From: Octopus sinensis
Lineage: Eukaryota
Direction of reading: 5' to 3'
DNA: 64,000 nucleotides
Assembly (NCBI RefSeq): GCF_006345805.1
Contig: NC_042997.1
Location: forward strand, 202,864,001 to 202,928,000
The notes under the pieces: generated by a model
Databases searched by the model: none
The model's input: the letters and a program-made list of their open reading frames with translations, nothing else
Told to the model about the DNA's origin: nothing
Program-made: the position numbers and the translations under genes
Shown: positions 25,376-39,256 of the stretch, in pieces
Layout: every line of letters starts with the position of its first letter
Position numbering within the stretch: position 1 is the stretch's first letter

Positions 25376-25560
25376 ATAGTTCTTGCTGGAAATTTTATTC
25401 ATTTGAACAGATATATTTTTTTTTCATTAGAGAATTTTTTTTATTTCTTTATAAGAAATTATTATCAAAGAAGCCTACCAGTTATACAGGTTATTGAAAG
25501 GCTTGTGTCAACCAAATATTTCATCAAATATTTTATATTTATTTTCCCATGCTATATTAG

Positions 25561-25587
25561 GTGTTTCTTCAAGTTCCGGAAATTTTG
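25561..25587 (+). CDS. Candidate 27-nt exon
   Basis: Acceptor tttattttcccatgctatattag, donor TTG|gtaaat; VFLQVPEIL in phase 0 (all three frames are open). Confidence 0.28.
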
Positions 25588-25599
25588 GTAAATTATTAA

Positions 25600-26160
25600 A
25601 AAAAAACTATTGTGTTGGTGCCATCTAAAAAAAGCACCCAGTACACTATGTAACTTAGATAGCATTAGGAAGGGCACCCGACCATAGAAACCATCCTAAA
25701 ACAGACAATAGGAACATGGTGCACCTCTCTGGCTTGCCTGCACCTGTCAAACCGTCCAACCAGTGCCAGCATTGAAAACGGACGTCAAATGATGATGATG
25801 ATACATGCAGCAGCCATGGCAAGTAGCTAGCTTCCCAACCATGTGGTCTCAGCTTCATTCCCAGTGTGGAAACTTGGCAACTATCTTCAACTATAGCCCT
25901 GAGCCAACCAAACCCTTGTGAGTGAATTTGGTAGATGAGAACTGAAAGAAGCCTACCGTGTGTGTGTGTGTGCATGCATTTAGTTGTGTGTAACCTTGTC
26001 TTGACATCTTGTTGTGATGGTTGTAAATGAGCATCATCATTATATGAGTGATGTCCATTTCCAATCTTCCATGAAAAACATGTATGGCCATGAGAAGCAT
26101 TAGCTTATGTTGCTGACAGGAAGGGCATTTGGCTGTAGAGAATCTACTTCAACAAATTTT
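25600..26160. mobile_element. RTE 3' tail (+, 25600-25800) abutting a family A-related SINE (-, 25810-26160)
   Basis: aaagcacccagtacac...ccagcattgaaaacggacgtcaaatgatgatg, then the reverse complement of a family A head. Confidence 0.7.
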
Positions 26161-29100
26161 GTTTGTCCCCTACAAACATGGAAGTGGACTTTAAATGATG
26201 ATGATGGTAATAAAATGGCGATGATAGCATAAAAATGTGTAGATGTTTATTCATGTCTGCTTCCAAGCAATCCTATTCTGACAAGGATATCATCCATAAA
26301 TGAATGCAAGGAAATTTTCTGCAAAGAAGTAATGGTAATGAAAGATGTAATGAAATTAGCAAAAACGAACCAGAAGAAAATAAGTAAAAATATTTTACAA
26401 CTCCATCCCAGCCATTGTAATCAGTACGTTTAGAATCCTCATTTTCTTTTTACCCACATTCACTCACTATTAGCAAGTGAAAAATGTAACATTAATGCCT
26501 ATTTTCAGTTATTCCTTTCTCTTTTATAAGCTTCTAATTTCCAATATTTGTAGTCATCATGCTTGCAATAACCAATAATTATTAATATACAATTGTTTTC
26601 TAAAATAATATATATTCAGTTTATTTCACATTATACAGCTTTCAGGCCATATTCCTTTCATTTTCCACTAACTTCTGTGAACATCTGCTGTTGTATTTTT
26701 TGTGATGCAAAAAGAGCCATTTTGCCATCAGTTCAAGACATAACTACACAAATCTTCCATGAAAGATTGATTCCTGACAATTTTTGTGCAGAATATTGAT
26801 CATAGTATTCTTAAAATCAGATCTACTCCTTTAAGACTGTATTTCATAAACCTTGTCTTAAAATCAAATGAATGATCTCCTGCCAAGAACATGATAAACT
26901 TGGGATAAAAAACTTCAGAAATCTCTGTTTGCATTTCTCTCTCTTGCTCTCTCTCTCTCAAGATAAAACTTTTGTAGTCTGTCCAGTTCATAACAACTTA
27001 GATAAAGTGATGGTAAATTGATGAAGACTATAATATTGAATTAAGAATTGACTTGCCAATGAAATATGTGAAGAACTGGCTTAAAACTGATTCAAGTGAT
27101 AGCTTGGCTATGAAAGTGAGAATTCAGTTAGTTGAAATTAATACTTGTCATAATGACCACAGATAATAGAGTTAAATGTCACGTACAACCTTTTTAGAAA
27201 ACAAACAGTAAATTAAGTTCATCTGTTTAACTATTTTTGTGTAACAGGGTTTATGTTGTAAATTTTTTTAGAATAAATGCTAAAAGGAAACATTTGTATG
27301 TAGAAAAAAGTGGATATCAATAGATATGAATAGATACCAAAAAACGAGAGTGTTGGATTGAGTAAGACAAAGATGAAAACAACATCTATATATAAAAGCA
27401 TTACGTTATATATAGATATTTGGAGATTAAAGATAGTGTAGACATTATAGTTTGGCTGAAAATGAAAGGAACTGATTATTGAAGACATAACACAGTTCTA
27501 CATACAGAAATAATGTTCTCTGGCATAGATTGTGTGAAGTTCTCTGATGGTGATAAAACAGAACAACGATAAAGATATCTAAAATGCATGATTTTGATTT
27601 CTGAATTTTTTTTTAGTTCTGTTATGTATTGTTACTATATTTTCCTTTGATATATTACTGCTTTTATATATCATCATCATCATCATCATACGTCCACCTT
27701 CCCTGCTGGCATGGGTGATACACACACACCACATTATTCTTCATGATGATTCACCACAATTTTTCATTTTATGTTAATTAGTTTTTTGTTTCAGATTCCC
27801 ACCAAAACCTCTTTGAAAATGATTCTAATATTGAGAAATGCACTTAGTATAAAACAAATTTTCTCTTACATAGTACAATGGAATTTCAATGTTTTCCTGT
27901 GGCAATAAAAAAAAAAGAACTTTTTTCATTTGGCCCAGACAGACATTCCCTAGGACAATGTCAAGGTTTTCAGTCATCTTCTTTTCTAATTATACATTGT
28001 GTCTGCTATGTCAAACACTTCACAAAGAACAATGAAGCTGGTATAGTCATAAATTGCTGCAACTCTGCTTCATTCTCCCTTTTCTCTGCCTTTCTAGTAT
28101 CAGTTTTCCCTCCTTTGTCTTTGTCTCTTTAATTCGCTAACAAGAATAGAATGGGAAAGAAATGTTATACTCTAAACAATTTTCATTTGTTATTACATAT
28201 ATTATTAAAAGATATGTATAAAAATTAATCCATGACTATATTAAAAGAATGCCTTCTCCACTCACTAAGATTTGCTGTAAGAAAACTTTTTTTAAATGTT
28301 TAATTAGGATTTAATTCTTCATATTTTGCATTGCCATACTAGTTATTGTTTTTGAGAGTATCTCTATATAAATCAGGTTTTTTAATGAGTGACTAATGAC
28401 ATGTAGGTTTTTTTAAATCTCTTTAATAATCTATCTAATATTTTCTTTTTCACAGTCTAAAAATAATTTCAAAGTCCACAAACTTAGATATTTGAACAAA
28501 ATATGTTGTTGATGTATAAATATTAATGTTTTAGTGGCCATTAGGTAACCTGACTGTCGTTCGTCCTCATTAGAAGGTTACTGGTTCTTTTTACCAATTA
28601 ATTTATCACTCCATTGTTTATTGCTTAGTCTTATGTTTAAAATTATCGTCTCACATGTAACATCTCTGTTGTCGTTTTATGAAATGTATTTTATTTTAAA
28701 ACAATTTTAAAATATTCTCATTTAATGAATGGCTTCCATGAAAATGTATTAGTTTCATCTTCCTGAGTAATCTGAGGGATATATTTGATTTCTGGGCCAT
28801 TATGTTGTTGGCTGCAATTACTTACCTTATTATTTAAAATGCAATAACTGTTCTTTTCTTCTAGCACATTTTCAAGTGCACTTGGTCAGTTACTTTTTAA
28901 TTTTTTTTGGTTTTTTGATATTTGTTTTTCTATTATTTTGTTAAATTTCAACTTTACAATAAATTTTAAAAAATGCCAAGTAAATACTCTAAAACTTTTG
29001 ATATCAACCCACATGAGATTGCTCTGATTCTAGGATATAAACTTTTAAAAAGTTTCTATCAAATTTTCATGTTAGTATTCCAATAATGACAATTATTTTT

Positions 29101-29491
29101 CAAAAATTCCTCAATATTTTCAAAATTACTTGAAACAGGCAGTTTATATCAACAGAAATATGGCATCATTATTAATATGGTTTTGTTAGATTAATATCAT
29201 ATTTCAGATGAAGGGAATGAAAAGCAGTGCTAGCTTACAGGACATACATTTTCAGTCATCTGGTTTTGTTATATGCAGTCCACTGAGTCAGACAAAGTTT
29301 CATCTTGGAATTCATATTAGAAGTCCAATATTTTCATTCTAGTGGAAACCTAGAATATCAAGAATGCTTCTTCAATATAGATTCTTTGAATTTTGTTTGA
29401 GCTACATTAAGCAATTTTATTGGTTCTTTTTGTTAACACTATTGGTTTGAAGATACCATTACATGTATACTCATTAAAAAAAAATTATATA

Positions 29492-29669
29492 CAGGAGTGG
29501 CTGTGTGGTAAGTAGCTTGCTAACCAACCACATGGTTCCGGGTTCAGTCCCACTGTGTGGCATCTTGGGCAAGTGTCTTCTGCTATAGCCCCGGGCCGAC
29601 CAATGCCTTGTGAGTGGATTTGGTAGACGGAAACTGAAACAAGCCTGTCGTATATATATATATATATAT

Positions 29670-29742
<73 letters not shown>

Positions 29743-29950
29743 TTGTGTGTCTGTGTGTGTCCCCCTAGCATTGCTTGACAACCGATGCTAGTGTGTTTAC
29801 GTCCCCGTCACTTAGCGGTTCGGCAAAAGAGACCGATAGAATAAGTACTAGGCTTACAAAGAATAAGTCCCGGGGTCGATTTGATCGACTAAAGGCGGTG
29901 CTCCAGCATGGCCGCAGTCAAAATGACTGAAACAAGTAAAAGAGAGAAAA
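29492..29950 (+). mobile_element. Family A SINE, young copy with an expanded (TA)n centre
   Basis: Complete head, body and tail; retains many CpGs; ~85-bp TA tract at 29651-29735. Confidence 0.9.
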
Positions 29951-31412
29951 GAGAGTATGATGCTTTTTTTCTGTTAGGCTTCTATTTAAGCAAAGTAATC
30001 TTCATAAGTTATTGCAAGCATTTGGAAATGCAGGGGAGAGAGAGAGAGAGAGTGAGAGTGAGAGAAAAGGAAGTAAATATCAGAAAATAGGTAAATTCTA
30101 AGTTTATTCTTACTCCAATGATCAGCTATCATGTAAATGCTACTTTTATCAAGTTTGAATCCCATTGAGGCCAGCTTTGCCCTTAATCTTTTGGGAATTG
30201 AAAAATAAGTATTGGTCAAGTATTAAATTCAACTTAATTTATTGTTCCTGTCTTCCAAAATGTGCAGCTTTGTACCTTAGAAACTGTTAATTAAAATATG
30301 ATCAATGACTTTGTGTATTGTATTGGGAATAGAAACAAAAGTTTAGTAATAAAAGATCTTTTAATTATAATTACTAATACTCCACTTAAGCACAAATAAC
30401 CATCTAATCTCTTAAGTAATGAGTTTTTTTATTGATTCGTTTCAGAAAATGTTTTAGAATTCTACCATATTTTCATTATTGTTTGTCTCCAGTGAAGTAC
30501 TTCATTTTTAGTGTAATAAAGGATTAGTTTTCCCAAACATTAGCTATTTATTCATTATTTTTAATGAATAAGAAAACTTAAGTACACAGTTTCATTTTTA
30601 TTTCTTTATAAGAAATTATTATTTGAAAATGCAATGGCCAACATGTTTGTTGTTTTTCAAATTATTTTATGTAGTCATATCCTCAATAATTCAGAAGAAT
30701 AAGGGACTAGTTATATTTGTAAGCTGAATTAGATAAAATATCACCTTTATAAAGTGTATTTTATGTTATGCTGTTACATTCAACTTACCATGTAATGTTT
30801 ATTGTAAGAAATTATTTAAAATAGATGGAACATGATAACCTGAAAGGATGTTCTGTTTAGCTACATGTCAGTTCTAATGCTTTAATGAGAGACATATTTT
30901 GTTTCTCATATTATTTATAAAACACAAGATAAACGCCATTCAATGCGAGCAAGAACAGTATTGTTGAAATCTATTTAGGCAGTTTGCTAACTTCAAGGTT
31001 GTTGGTTGTACTTCGAGATTTGGTTTACAAAGAAAATAAATATTAATGTTTAAATATTAGTTTGAGAAAATTGCTGATAAGAAAAAGTAAGGAATTTAAT
31101 TCAACAATTTCATTACATTATGAATTAAAAAATTTATTCCTGTTTTATTTTCTGAATACTTCAGTATACATGATCTAAAATATTAAATTTAAAACATTTC
31201 TACTTCAGTTACTTAACAATCTATTCCTAAATATATGAAATATTTTTTTTCTTCTGGCAAGTTGAAAGTCATTTGGTAAATTATTTTGTTAACCACAATT
31301 TTGATTGGTACATCTGTTTTTAGTAAGGGTGAGAAAAATCTATCCTTTATTCACTTATGTTTTAGCAATAATTATATAAATTAGAATTATATTTAACTCT
31401 TTTATTACTATA

Positions 31413-31767
31413 CTAGCACTACGACCCGGCGTTGCCGGGTCGTAGTGCTAGTGCATGCATATACAGCTGCGTGCTTGCACACATACACGCAAGTACTGTC
31501 CAAATCTCCCACCAATCACATACATCTAGCTGGCATATCAAGTTTTGGGCATTTTGATTGGGTTTTGGATAGAAAATTCACAAAAAAAATCACTTCTATT
31601 GATTTTTTTAATGGCTTTGCGGGGTGACTGGGGAAATATAAAGATGTGCACGACCACCCTTGGACGGTTTTGAATGGCCATAGAAAGTGTGAGCCCTCTA
31701 ACTGAAAAATTGTGGATTTGTATGAAGGACACACACACAGACATTTTGCCGTTTATATATATATAGA
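31413..31767 (-). mobile_element. Non-autonomous Helitron (355 bp)
   Basis: On the minus strand it starts A|TCtatatatatataaacggc and ends CTAG|T (AT insertion site, no TSD), with a GC-rich 3' hairpin. Confidence 0.85.
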
Positions 31768-34700
31768 TTTCCTTTGAAATACATTGCCTAAGTTTCTATT
31801 AACTTCGAAAATAATGAAGAATTTAGTAAAATAACTTATTAAGCTGATGTTTGGAACATAAATTAAAATGAAATTTTGATGGATGGTTTTAGTTCAGATC
31901 ACTTAAAAACAAGAAGCTTGTATCAAAAGGGTTAATCTGTTTCTTAATTCATAGTTAATAAAAACTTATAAAATTTGAATTGCCTGTACACATATTGGTT
32001 TAAACTGGACTTCTTCAGTGTGGTGTTGAATCTAAGATTATGAAACTCAAGATGCATTTTCAAATTTGGTTATAAATGATTATACTCCCAGAAGCTCCTT
32101 CATCACTGCTGGTGGAGCAGAGGCTAAAGCAGTTGTCATTTACTCTCTGACCCTATTAACCAACCTATTGCTCTCACTAAAAACAATGAATATTGATGCT
32201 AACAGCTCCCTTCATCACTTGACTCTATTTGTCCTTATCCTTAACAGAGTACACTTTATTGCAAGCTTTTGAGCCAGATCTCCAGTTTGAGGACAACTTC
32301 CTTCCTTCCTCTCACTAGTCACGGTGGCCCTGAAAAGATTCATGAGCGCTGCCCTTCCTTTTCTAGCCAAGCAGTGACTTTCTACAAATCTGAAGTATGA
32401 CCTACATTAAAGAACTGTACACATATCTGGAACAGTGCTGCTATGGCTATAGACATAAATATCCTAGACCTATGTTATAGTACTGCTCACATATCTGGGA
32501 CAGAATTACTGCTACACACACGCACAAATATTCTGAAGTGTATCTTCAAGAAAGACATTTGACAAACTGGGTTAGTATCTTTTGTTATAGCCCTGGGCCA
32601 ATCAAAGCCTTGCAAGTGGATTTGATAGAGGAAAAATTAAAGCAGTTAGCTGAATATGTGTATGTGTGATCCCTATTATATCTCACCTTCAAACCCTGTA
32701 CTGAAATACTTTTTGAATTATTCTTCCCTGAACTGGACCTTCTGGAATTCCTTTTCTGCCAACATGTTATTATAGAGAAGCTCAAACTGAAATAATAACC
32801 ACATTGATCTCTCTTGTCTCAGAGAGCCTCATATAGAGTATTATCCCCACCCCAGCTTCTCACTAATAAGCTAAGACAATTCATTTTAGGAAATTTCAAA
32901 ATATGTTATCAAAATTTAAGATTTTAATGAAAATTATTGACATTTTAGATATAAAAATATGACTAATTCTGTATTACTGTTATTACCATTGATAGAAGAA
33001 ACATCAAGTTTGTATTAACAATCTGTGTTTTTTAAAAATATGGGGTCAGTTCTTAATTTACATAAATGTAAATTTTTAATTAAAGTCTTGGTAATTTTAC
33101 ATTAATTTTACTAATGGTTATATATAGATATTCTATTCAACGGTTTCATTTAGAAAAAATAAATAGAAGAACCTTCAACTGTTGAAAACAATTTTCTGCA
33201 TGCCATTCTCAGTATATTCTATAATCAGTATTTAGTTATTATTACATTTGATTTTCAGCTTCTAGAACAGTTTTAGACTAAGTATTTGTTCATAGTTAAT
33301 ATAGTGTTCTCTGTTTCTTAGATAAGAACATAAAGTACATCTTTCAGATTTAATATACAGTAATTAAATTAAATCTGAAAAAGGTTCATTTTTATATTAC
33401 TGTTTTTTTTAACAGGATCCTATTTTTTTTGTCCTAAAGGAAATCTTTCTCATCTTTTTAAGATTTATTTTTGTGCACACATTTTTTCCTTTTTGTTTTA
33501 AGTGTCTTAAAATAGTATACAGTTTTTATTTCTAAGTTAAAGAGCAGGCCACTGTTGTGCTAGACTGGCTTAGTCAGACTCTGTAGCACCAACTTGCATA
33601 GAGGTTTAGCAACTGGTTCCTAAACCTCTATACAATCACCTTCTTATTTTAAAGAAGCTTAGTCTTCTGTATGTGGCAATGTTTTATTTATGTTTCAGGT
33701 TGCCATAAGAGGTTATTAAAGACTGGGAAGTCTCTAGCATTTGTAATGACTTAGAGGGTTTTAATGACACCTTGTTCATTTGTTACTAGATGATTTCTTT
33801 GATGATTGTCTTGGTAATAGTAACCAGATTGTCATGTACCCCTTGGACGATTGCTCCTTTCTTAACAATAAACTTTATTAACATGCAAAAAGTGTTTTCA
33901 CATGCTGTAAATGAACAGCCAATCTAGTGAAGGGAACATTATCTCTTTTCCAAATGCTAGTGTATATTTCAATTGAACTGACAACTACTTGTTGATCTAA
34001 AAGAAAATAAGGTTCAAACTTATTGTTAAGCATATTCTCTCTGCATTAGTTATCTTTAGTTTTTTAAATATATGGATTCATTTGCATTCGTATTCTGTTT
34101 GTATTCTATTGACTCTTGACCCCGCTTTGAAGGTAATATATTTCCAATAAGTTCATAGATTTGCTTATCTAATATGAATCATATTGATTTCTGAATAAAT
34201 GTATTCAGTGTTTCAGTCCTTCACCTTTCTGTGAATCCTATTGCTAAGTAATGAATAACATGTTGTTTCATGTCAATTCAACCATGATTGAACATATATA
34301 TTCTGACCATGACCATCCTGTCTTATCTTTCTTAGGAAACCAGTTTGCTGTCTCTAGCTGGTCAGTGACACCTTCAGATAACATGAAGAATCGTTTGCTC
34401 ATGTGATATTTGTAGTCTACATGCATATATTATTAAAAATTAATTTTAGGTGTAAACAAAACATCTTCTGAGAGTATAATTTCTTGTATAATTCTGTTGT
34501 AATTGTTTTCTTGAAGCATAAGAAATTGGTACTTGCTTTCTCTTTGTTATGAGAACATCCTAGCAATCTCCAAATGTATATTTGATGTCTATTATACTAT
34601 TTAAGGCTTCGTGATTAATTTCTTTTGGTAATTGTTTTGCTAAACAAATTCAATGGATTTCTGATATTGTGCCAGTATATAGAATGACAACTGACCGGAT

Positions 34701-35879
34701 CAAAATGATATATTTCTGATTTCAGAATTAGTCATATTCCCTTTTCTTTTAGGAATTGTTGCTTTTATTTTGTTCTTTGTGGAATTTTTCTCTATGTTAA
34801 TTTGCTACAGTTGATTTATGTTCTCTTCCCATTTTCCCAATCATTTTCTGAACATGTGTTCAACATTTAGGTCAACATCTATTGTAGTTTCACACACCCT
34901 AACCTTTGCCAGTTTCCAAAACCATATATGCTACAAAATAAAAGGTTACTCTGATCCCCTGAAGAAACTTATATCACCTATTTTAGCTCTCATTTAAGCA
35001 TTAACTGATGTCTACTCTCTTTTTAAAATCTTTTTATTTTATTCAGTTTTTTTTTTTTAAATTGTTTTTTTTTATATAAAACTTTGCATTTTCATTCACT
35101 AATGTTGAAATATCCTTATAAAATAGACATGTTTGTGAAGTTATTCAACATTCTAACAAGAAATAATAATTTATATAGCAAAACTAAATAAAATTTAAAA
35201 CAGAATCCTGCCCCCACTTTTTATCTTTTTAAAAACTTTTACATTTATTCTGATTCAGTAAGGCTATATTCTATCATATCTTGTGTTGCATTAAGCTACA
35301 TTCTGAAATGAATCCCTTGTTTGTCTTTTTTTTTATGTATATTTTTTCAACACAGTGACATTTGGAAGCCAATTTCTCTTATTAACATTTCTTCCTGACT
35401 ACAATTTGCAAAAGTTCAGAATAAGGGTAAAAGCTTGGTGTCATTTTCTTTTTCCTGTATGGCATGAAAATCTTTTGACATGTCTGTCGTTAGTGTTGAT
35501 GATAGGCCCTAATTCACACATTAATTTAAATGTAATCAATCACATTCACTTACTTATGAACCTCCTGTGTTGTAACTGTGCTTTTAAATAAAGTTTACCT
35601 TTGATATTTTTCACTTCAATTGCACAAAACCTAATTTATGTTAAATGGCTCTCATTGGAAATTTGCTTGACTCCTTTATAATAGATACACTAGTGATGAG
35701 CCATTGAGGAAATCTGTCATAAAAAAGAACCTAAATCTCCTTCATACTACATCCTACCATCTTAAAAACAGGACACATTGGATAATGTAGCCATACATGA
35801 AATATGGCTGAATGGGGAAGTTGGTTTGCTTATATGTATGTTAGTTATAGACAGCTTAATAGTAGTATATATTAGTAGC

Positions 35880-36270
35880 ATTGCCACAATTCTGCTAATG
35901 TATGGTAGTAAGACATGGGCTTTGAATGCAGAGGATATGCGAAGACAAGAGAGGAATGAAGTTAGTATGCTTTGCTGGATGTGTAATGTTAGTGTGCGTG
36001 TATGAGAAAGGGGAAATGAACTGCAAGAAAAGTTAGGCATAAGAGGAATTAGATGTAGCATGCAAGAGCGGAGATTGTGCTGGTTTGGTCTTGTGATGTG
36101 TATAGACGAAGTGCTAATCGCTTAAAGTGGATTGAACTCCTGGAGGAGTGAAACCCAAGAAGATATAGGAGGAAATAATGAAGGCTGGTCTCAAGATTCT
36201 AAGCCTTACAAAAGAGATGACAAAGGAGCAGGATTGGAATTTTGTTGTGTTCAAGAAGACCCATCCATTA
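35880..36270 (+). mobile_element. RTE ORF C-terminal fragment
   Basis: MYGSKTWALNAEDMRRQERNEVSMLCWMCNVSV...RLCWFGLVM. Confidence 0.78.
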
Positions 36271-36959
36271 CAGCAAAAATAATATCCTAAAACCACTTTG
36301 TTATGCTTGTATGTACATGCAAGGCTCTGTCCTGGTTCTGTTTTCATCTGTTCCCCATCTATGGTACTCCTCAGCTATTGTACTCACCTGAGATCAGAAT
36401 CAGCACATATTACATTTCATCCCCTCCCTAATGATCTCCCACATTCCTCATCATCCCTGTTCACACTGTCTTAACCAATCACCTCTTTTCTGTGCCTTTG
36501 GCCACTGCCCTTTCTCTCCTCTGCTATACTTCATTCTAAACACCTCTCTTAGCTCTATTCTCTTTCTTAAGCCACTCCTATATCTCCCCTTTTCCCTCTC
36601 CACACTGGTATTTTCCCATCATCTGCACCCCCACCCTTGCTCATCACTCAATACATTAATCTCTAACCTCTATCTCCCACTGGTTTACACCCCTATGAAT
36701 GCATCCACATACTCTTGTCCCTTCCTATGACTTGCTGTCTGTATCCTCTTTTACGCTCGCCTTGCTCCCTGAGAGTTTGATTTAGCTCCTACCTTCCTCT
36801 TATTTTCTTCAACCATGTATCTTCTCTATAGAACAGTTGTGCTTGTCTCTCTATCATACTTTGAGCCTTTCAACATCTGCATAAAACCACCGTTCTCTCC
36901 CAAATACTTCTGCCTAGTTGTGGGGGTTTTTCTCTTCTTTTTCTCTGGTCTTTTAGGTC

Positions 36960-37170
36960 GTGCAAATTTTCATGGCAAACTCACCTGTGTCAGTGGCATG
37001 TAAAAAGCACCCAGTACACTCTATAAAGTGGTTGACATTAGGAAGGGCATCCAGCTGTAGAAATTGCGAAAGCTTACACTGGAGCCTGATACAATCCTGC
37101 AGCTCACTGGTTCTCTGGCATATCGTCAAGCAATGTTAGCATGTAAAGCGGACATAAAATGATAATGATG
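36960..37170 (+). mobile_element. RTE 3' tail
   Basis: aaaaagcacccagtacactc...ggaagggcatccagctgtag...aaatgataatgatg. Confidence 0.7.
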
Positions 37171-37538
37171 ATGATATATATATATCATTGTCATCATCAT
37201 CATGGTTATCAAAAGAAAGTGATTCTAGAGAGTGGAATAACTGGTAGCACTGAAGTATGTGCAGTTGTGCTCTCATATGCTTAATCATACAAATACAGCT
37301 AAATAGTGCTGTAGTTGAATGGTGATGGGATGAACGTTAAGAAGACGAGAAGTACAGAAGGTTTGACAGGGACAGATTAGGTGTTGGGGCAGGTCCCATT
37401 GTGTGTTTAGTCACAAACATGATGTTTTTAGGACCTCACTTTTGTCATGATGGACAGATTTTCTTGAATATGGTGAATGCCAATTGTCTTCGTCCTTTGT
37501 CATCTTGTCCATGAGGCTCAACATCCTAAGGTTGGTCT

Positions 37539-37569
<31 letters not shown>

Positions 37570-38654
37570 AAGAGGGTGTGTGGGGGGATGAAATCACATC
37601 CATTGATGCTCAAAATAAATGATACTATATTAAAATTCCTTCCAACCATTCTTGACCTTGCCTATGATGTATTTAGAAGTGAATTTTTCTTATCTGCTAT
37701 TAATAGTTACAAAATCAAATATACTGATACTATTTCCATCACATTTCTGAAATAAATTAGCTACATCTGGAAGCAATGAAAAGAATCTTCTATGGGCTTC
37801 TAACCCAAATCTCAAATACTGTTATTTCAATAATTTAGCATATCACTGGTATTTAGCAATTTTAATAACTCCTAATTAGATGGAAAACTAAACCGTTTTC
37901 ACCATTTCTCTTGATATCCTAATGTTACAAATTTGGCAACCCTGTAAATTATGATCTGAGTCAATAAACACTGTTAAACTTAATACCACTTTATTTTTTA
38001 TTTTTATTGGGAAGGAACAGAAAATATGATATTTAAAAATGTAAATTAGAAGTACATTGACTAATAGATTACATCCATGTTTTTTTGCTATTCTATATGT
38101 TTCGCCTCTTAGTTTTTTCAATATATTCTATATACTGTTCTTGTAGAAAATGGATTAACTTCAAAATTAAACTGCATAAAAACTCAATCTTAATTATTTT
38201 TTGTGGAAGTGATTAGGAATTTACAAGCCTTTTATCTTTGTCTAATTTCTAAATGTTTCCTTGTATTACAACTGTTCTTCATGTCAGCTTTTCCAAGTTT
38301 ATTTATGCTTTGTTTTCTTTACCATGACATGTCTTTTCAAATTGTATTTCAAGGAAGTATGTAGCCATTTATCTGCTTGTTTTGAATATCTAGGTCATAA
38401 TGATCTCTCAACTCTACCTTCATGTTTTCTTTTCTTTGCTCATGTCCATTCTCTAGTTGTATTGATTGGTTTTTCATGTCGATATCTGTTTCAGTCTTTG
38501 TCTAAGGTCAGCCTATTGAATATTTTAAAAATTTCATTTTGGTTTGTGTGAGATATTTTTTAGATAAGAAATTCAATTTAATAATTTTAATAGTTCTAAA
38601 TTTAAAATAACTTCAACAGTTTATGGCTTAACACTCTGATTGAGTAGACCTATA

Positions 38655-38870
38655 AACAGTCATTCCAGCAGAATTGTTATCATGCTAGACAAAATGCTTA
38701 GTAGCATTTCTTCCAACTTATGTTCTGAGATCAAATTCTGCCAATGTCGACTTTACCTTTCATCCTTTCAGGGTCAACAACATAAGTACTGGGGTGGATG
38801 TAATTGACCAGTTACCACCTCCTCCCTAAAAAATTGCTGGCTTTGTGCCAAAATTTGAAACCATTATTAG
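38655..38870 (+). mobile_element. Family C SINE
   Basis: gtcgactttacctttcatcctttcagggtcaacaacataagtactgggg core and aaaattgctggctttgtgccaaaatttgaaac tail. Confidence 0.75.
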
Positions 38871-39256
38871 ATAATTATCAAGTGACTTCATACAGAATGC
38901 ATTCAAATATTCTTGTTCCCATTTAATCTTTAGCACAACTTTATGTAGTTATCAGTATGCTATATCATTCATTTTATATTGCCCAGACTTCAGTTTTCTA
39001 AACTAGAGAAAGTTCTGGCAAAGATCTATACCAATGAAGAAATCCAGAAATTAAATTGAATACATGATCCTAATCTAATAGTGGCACTCATCATGAAATG
39101 TTTTATTGATTATTGATATTTTAATTGGAATTTCATATGAATAGCATTAAAACATACATGACTATTAAAAGAATTACATTATTATATGATTGTACTTTCT
39201 TAACTATAACTTTCATCTGTTAGACACGTGTGCGCGCATGCGTGTGTGTGTATGTG

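Noticed and set aside
33598-33631. 12-bp hairpin atagaggtttag/ctaaacctctat
   Set aside because: Isolated and short; a few such stems are expected by chance in 64 kb of AT-rich DNA
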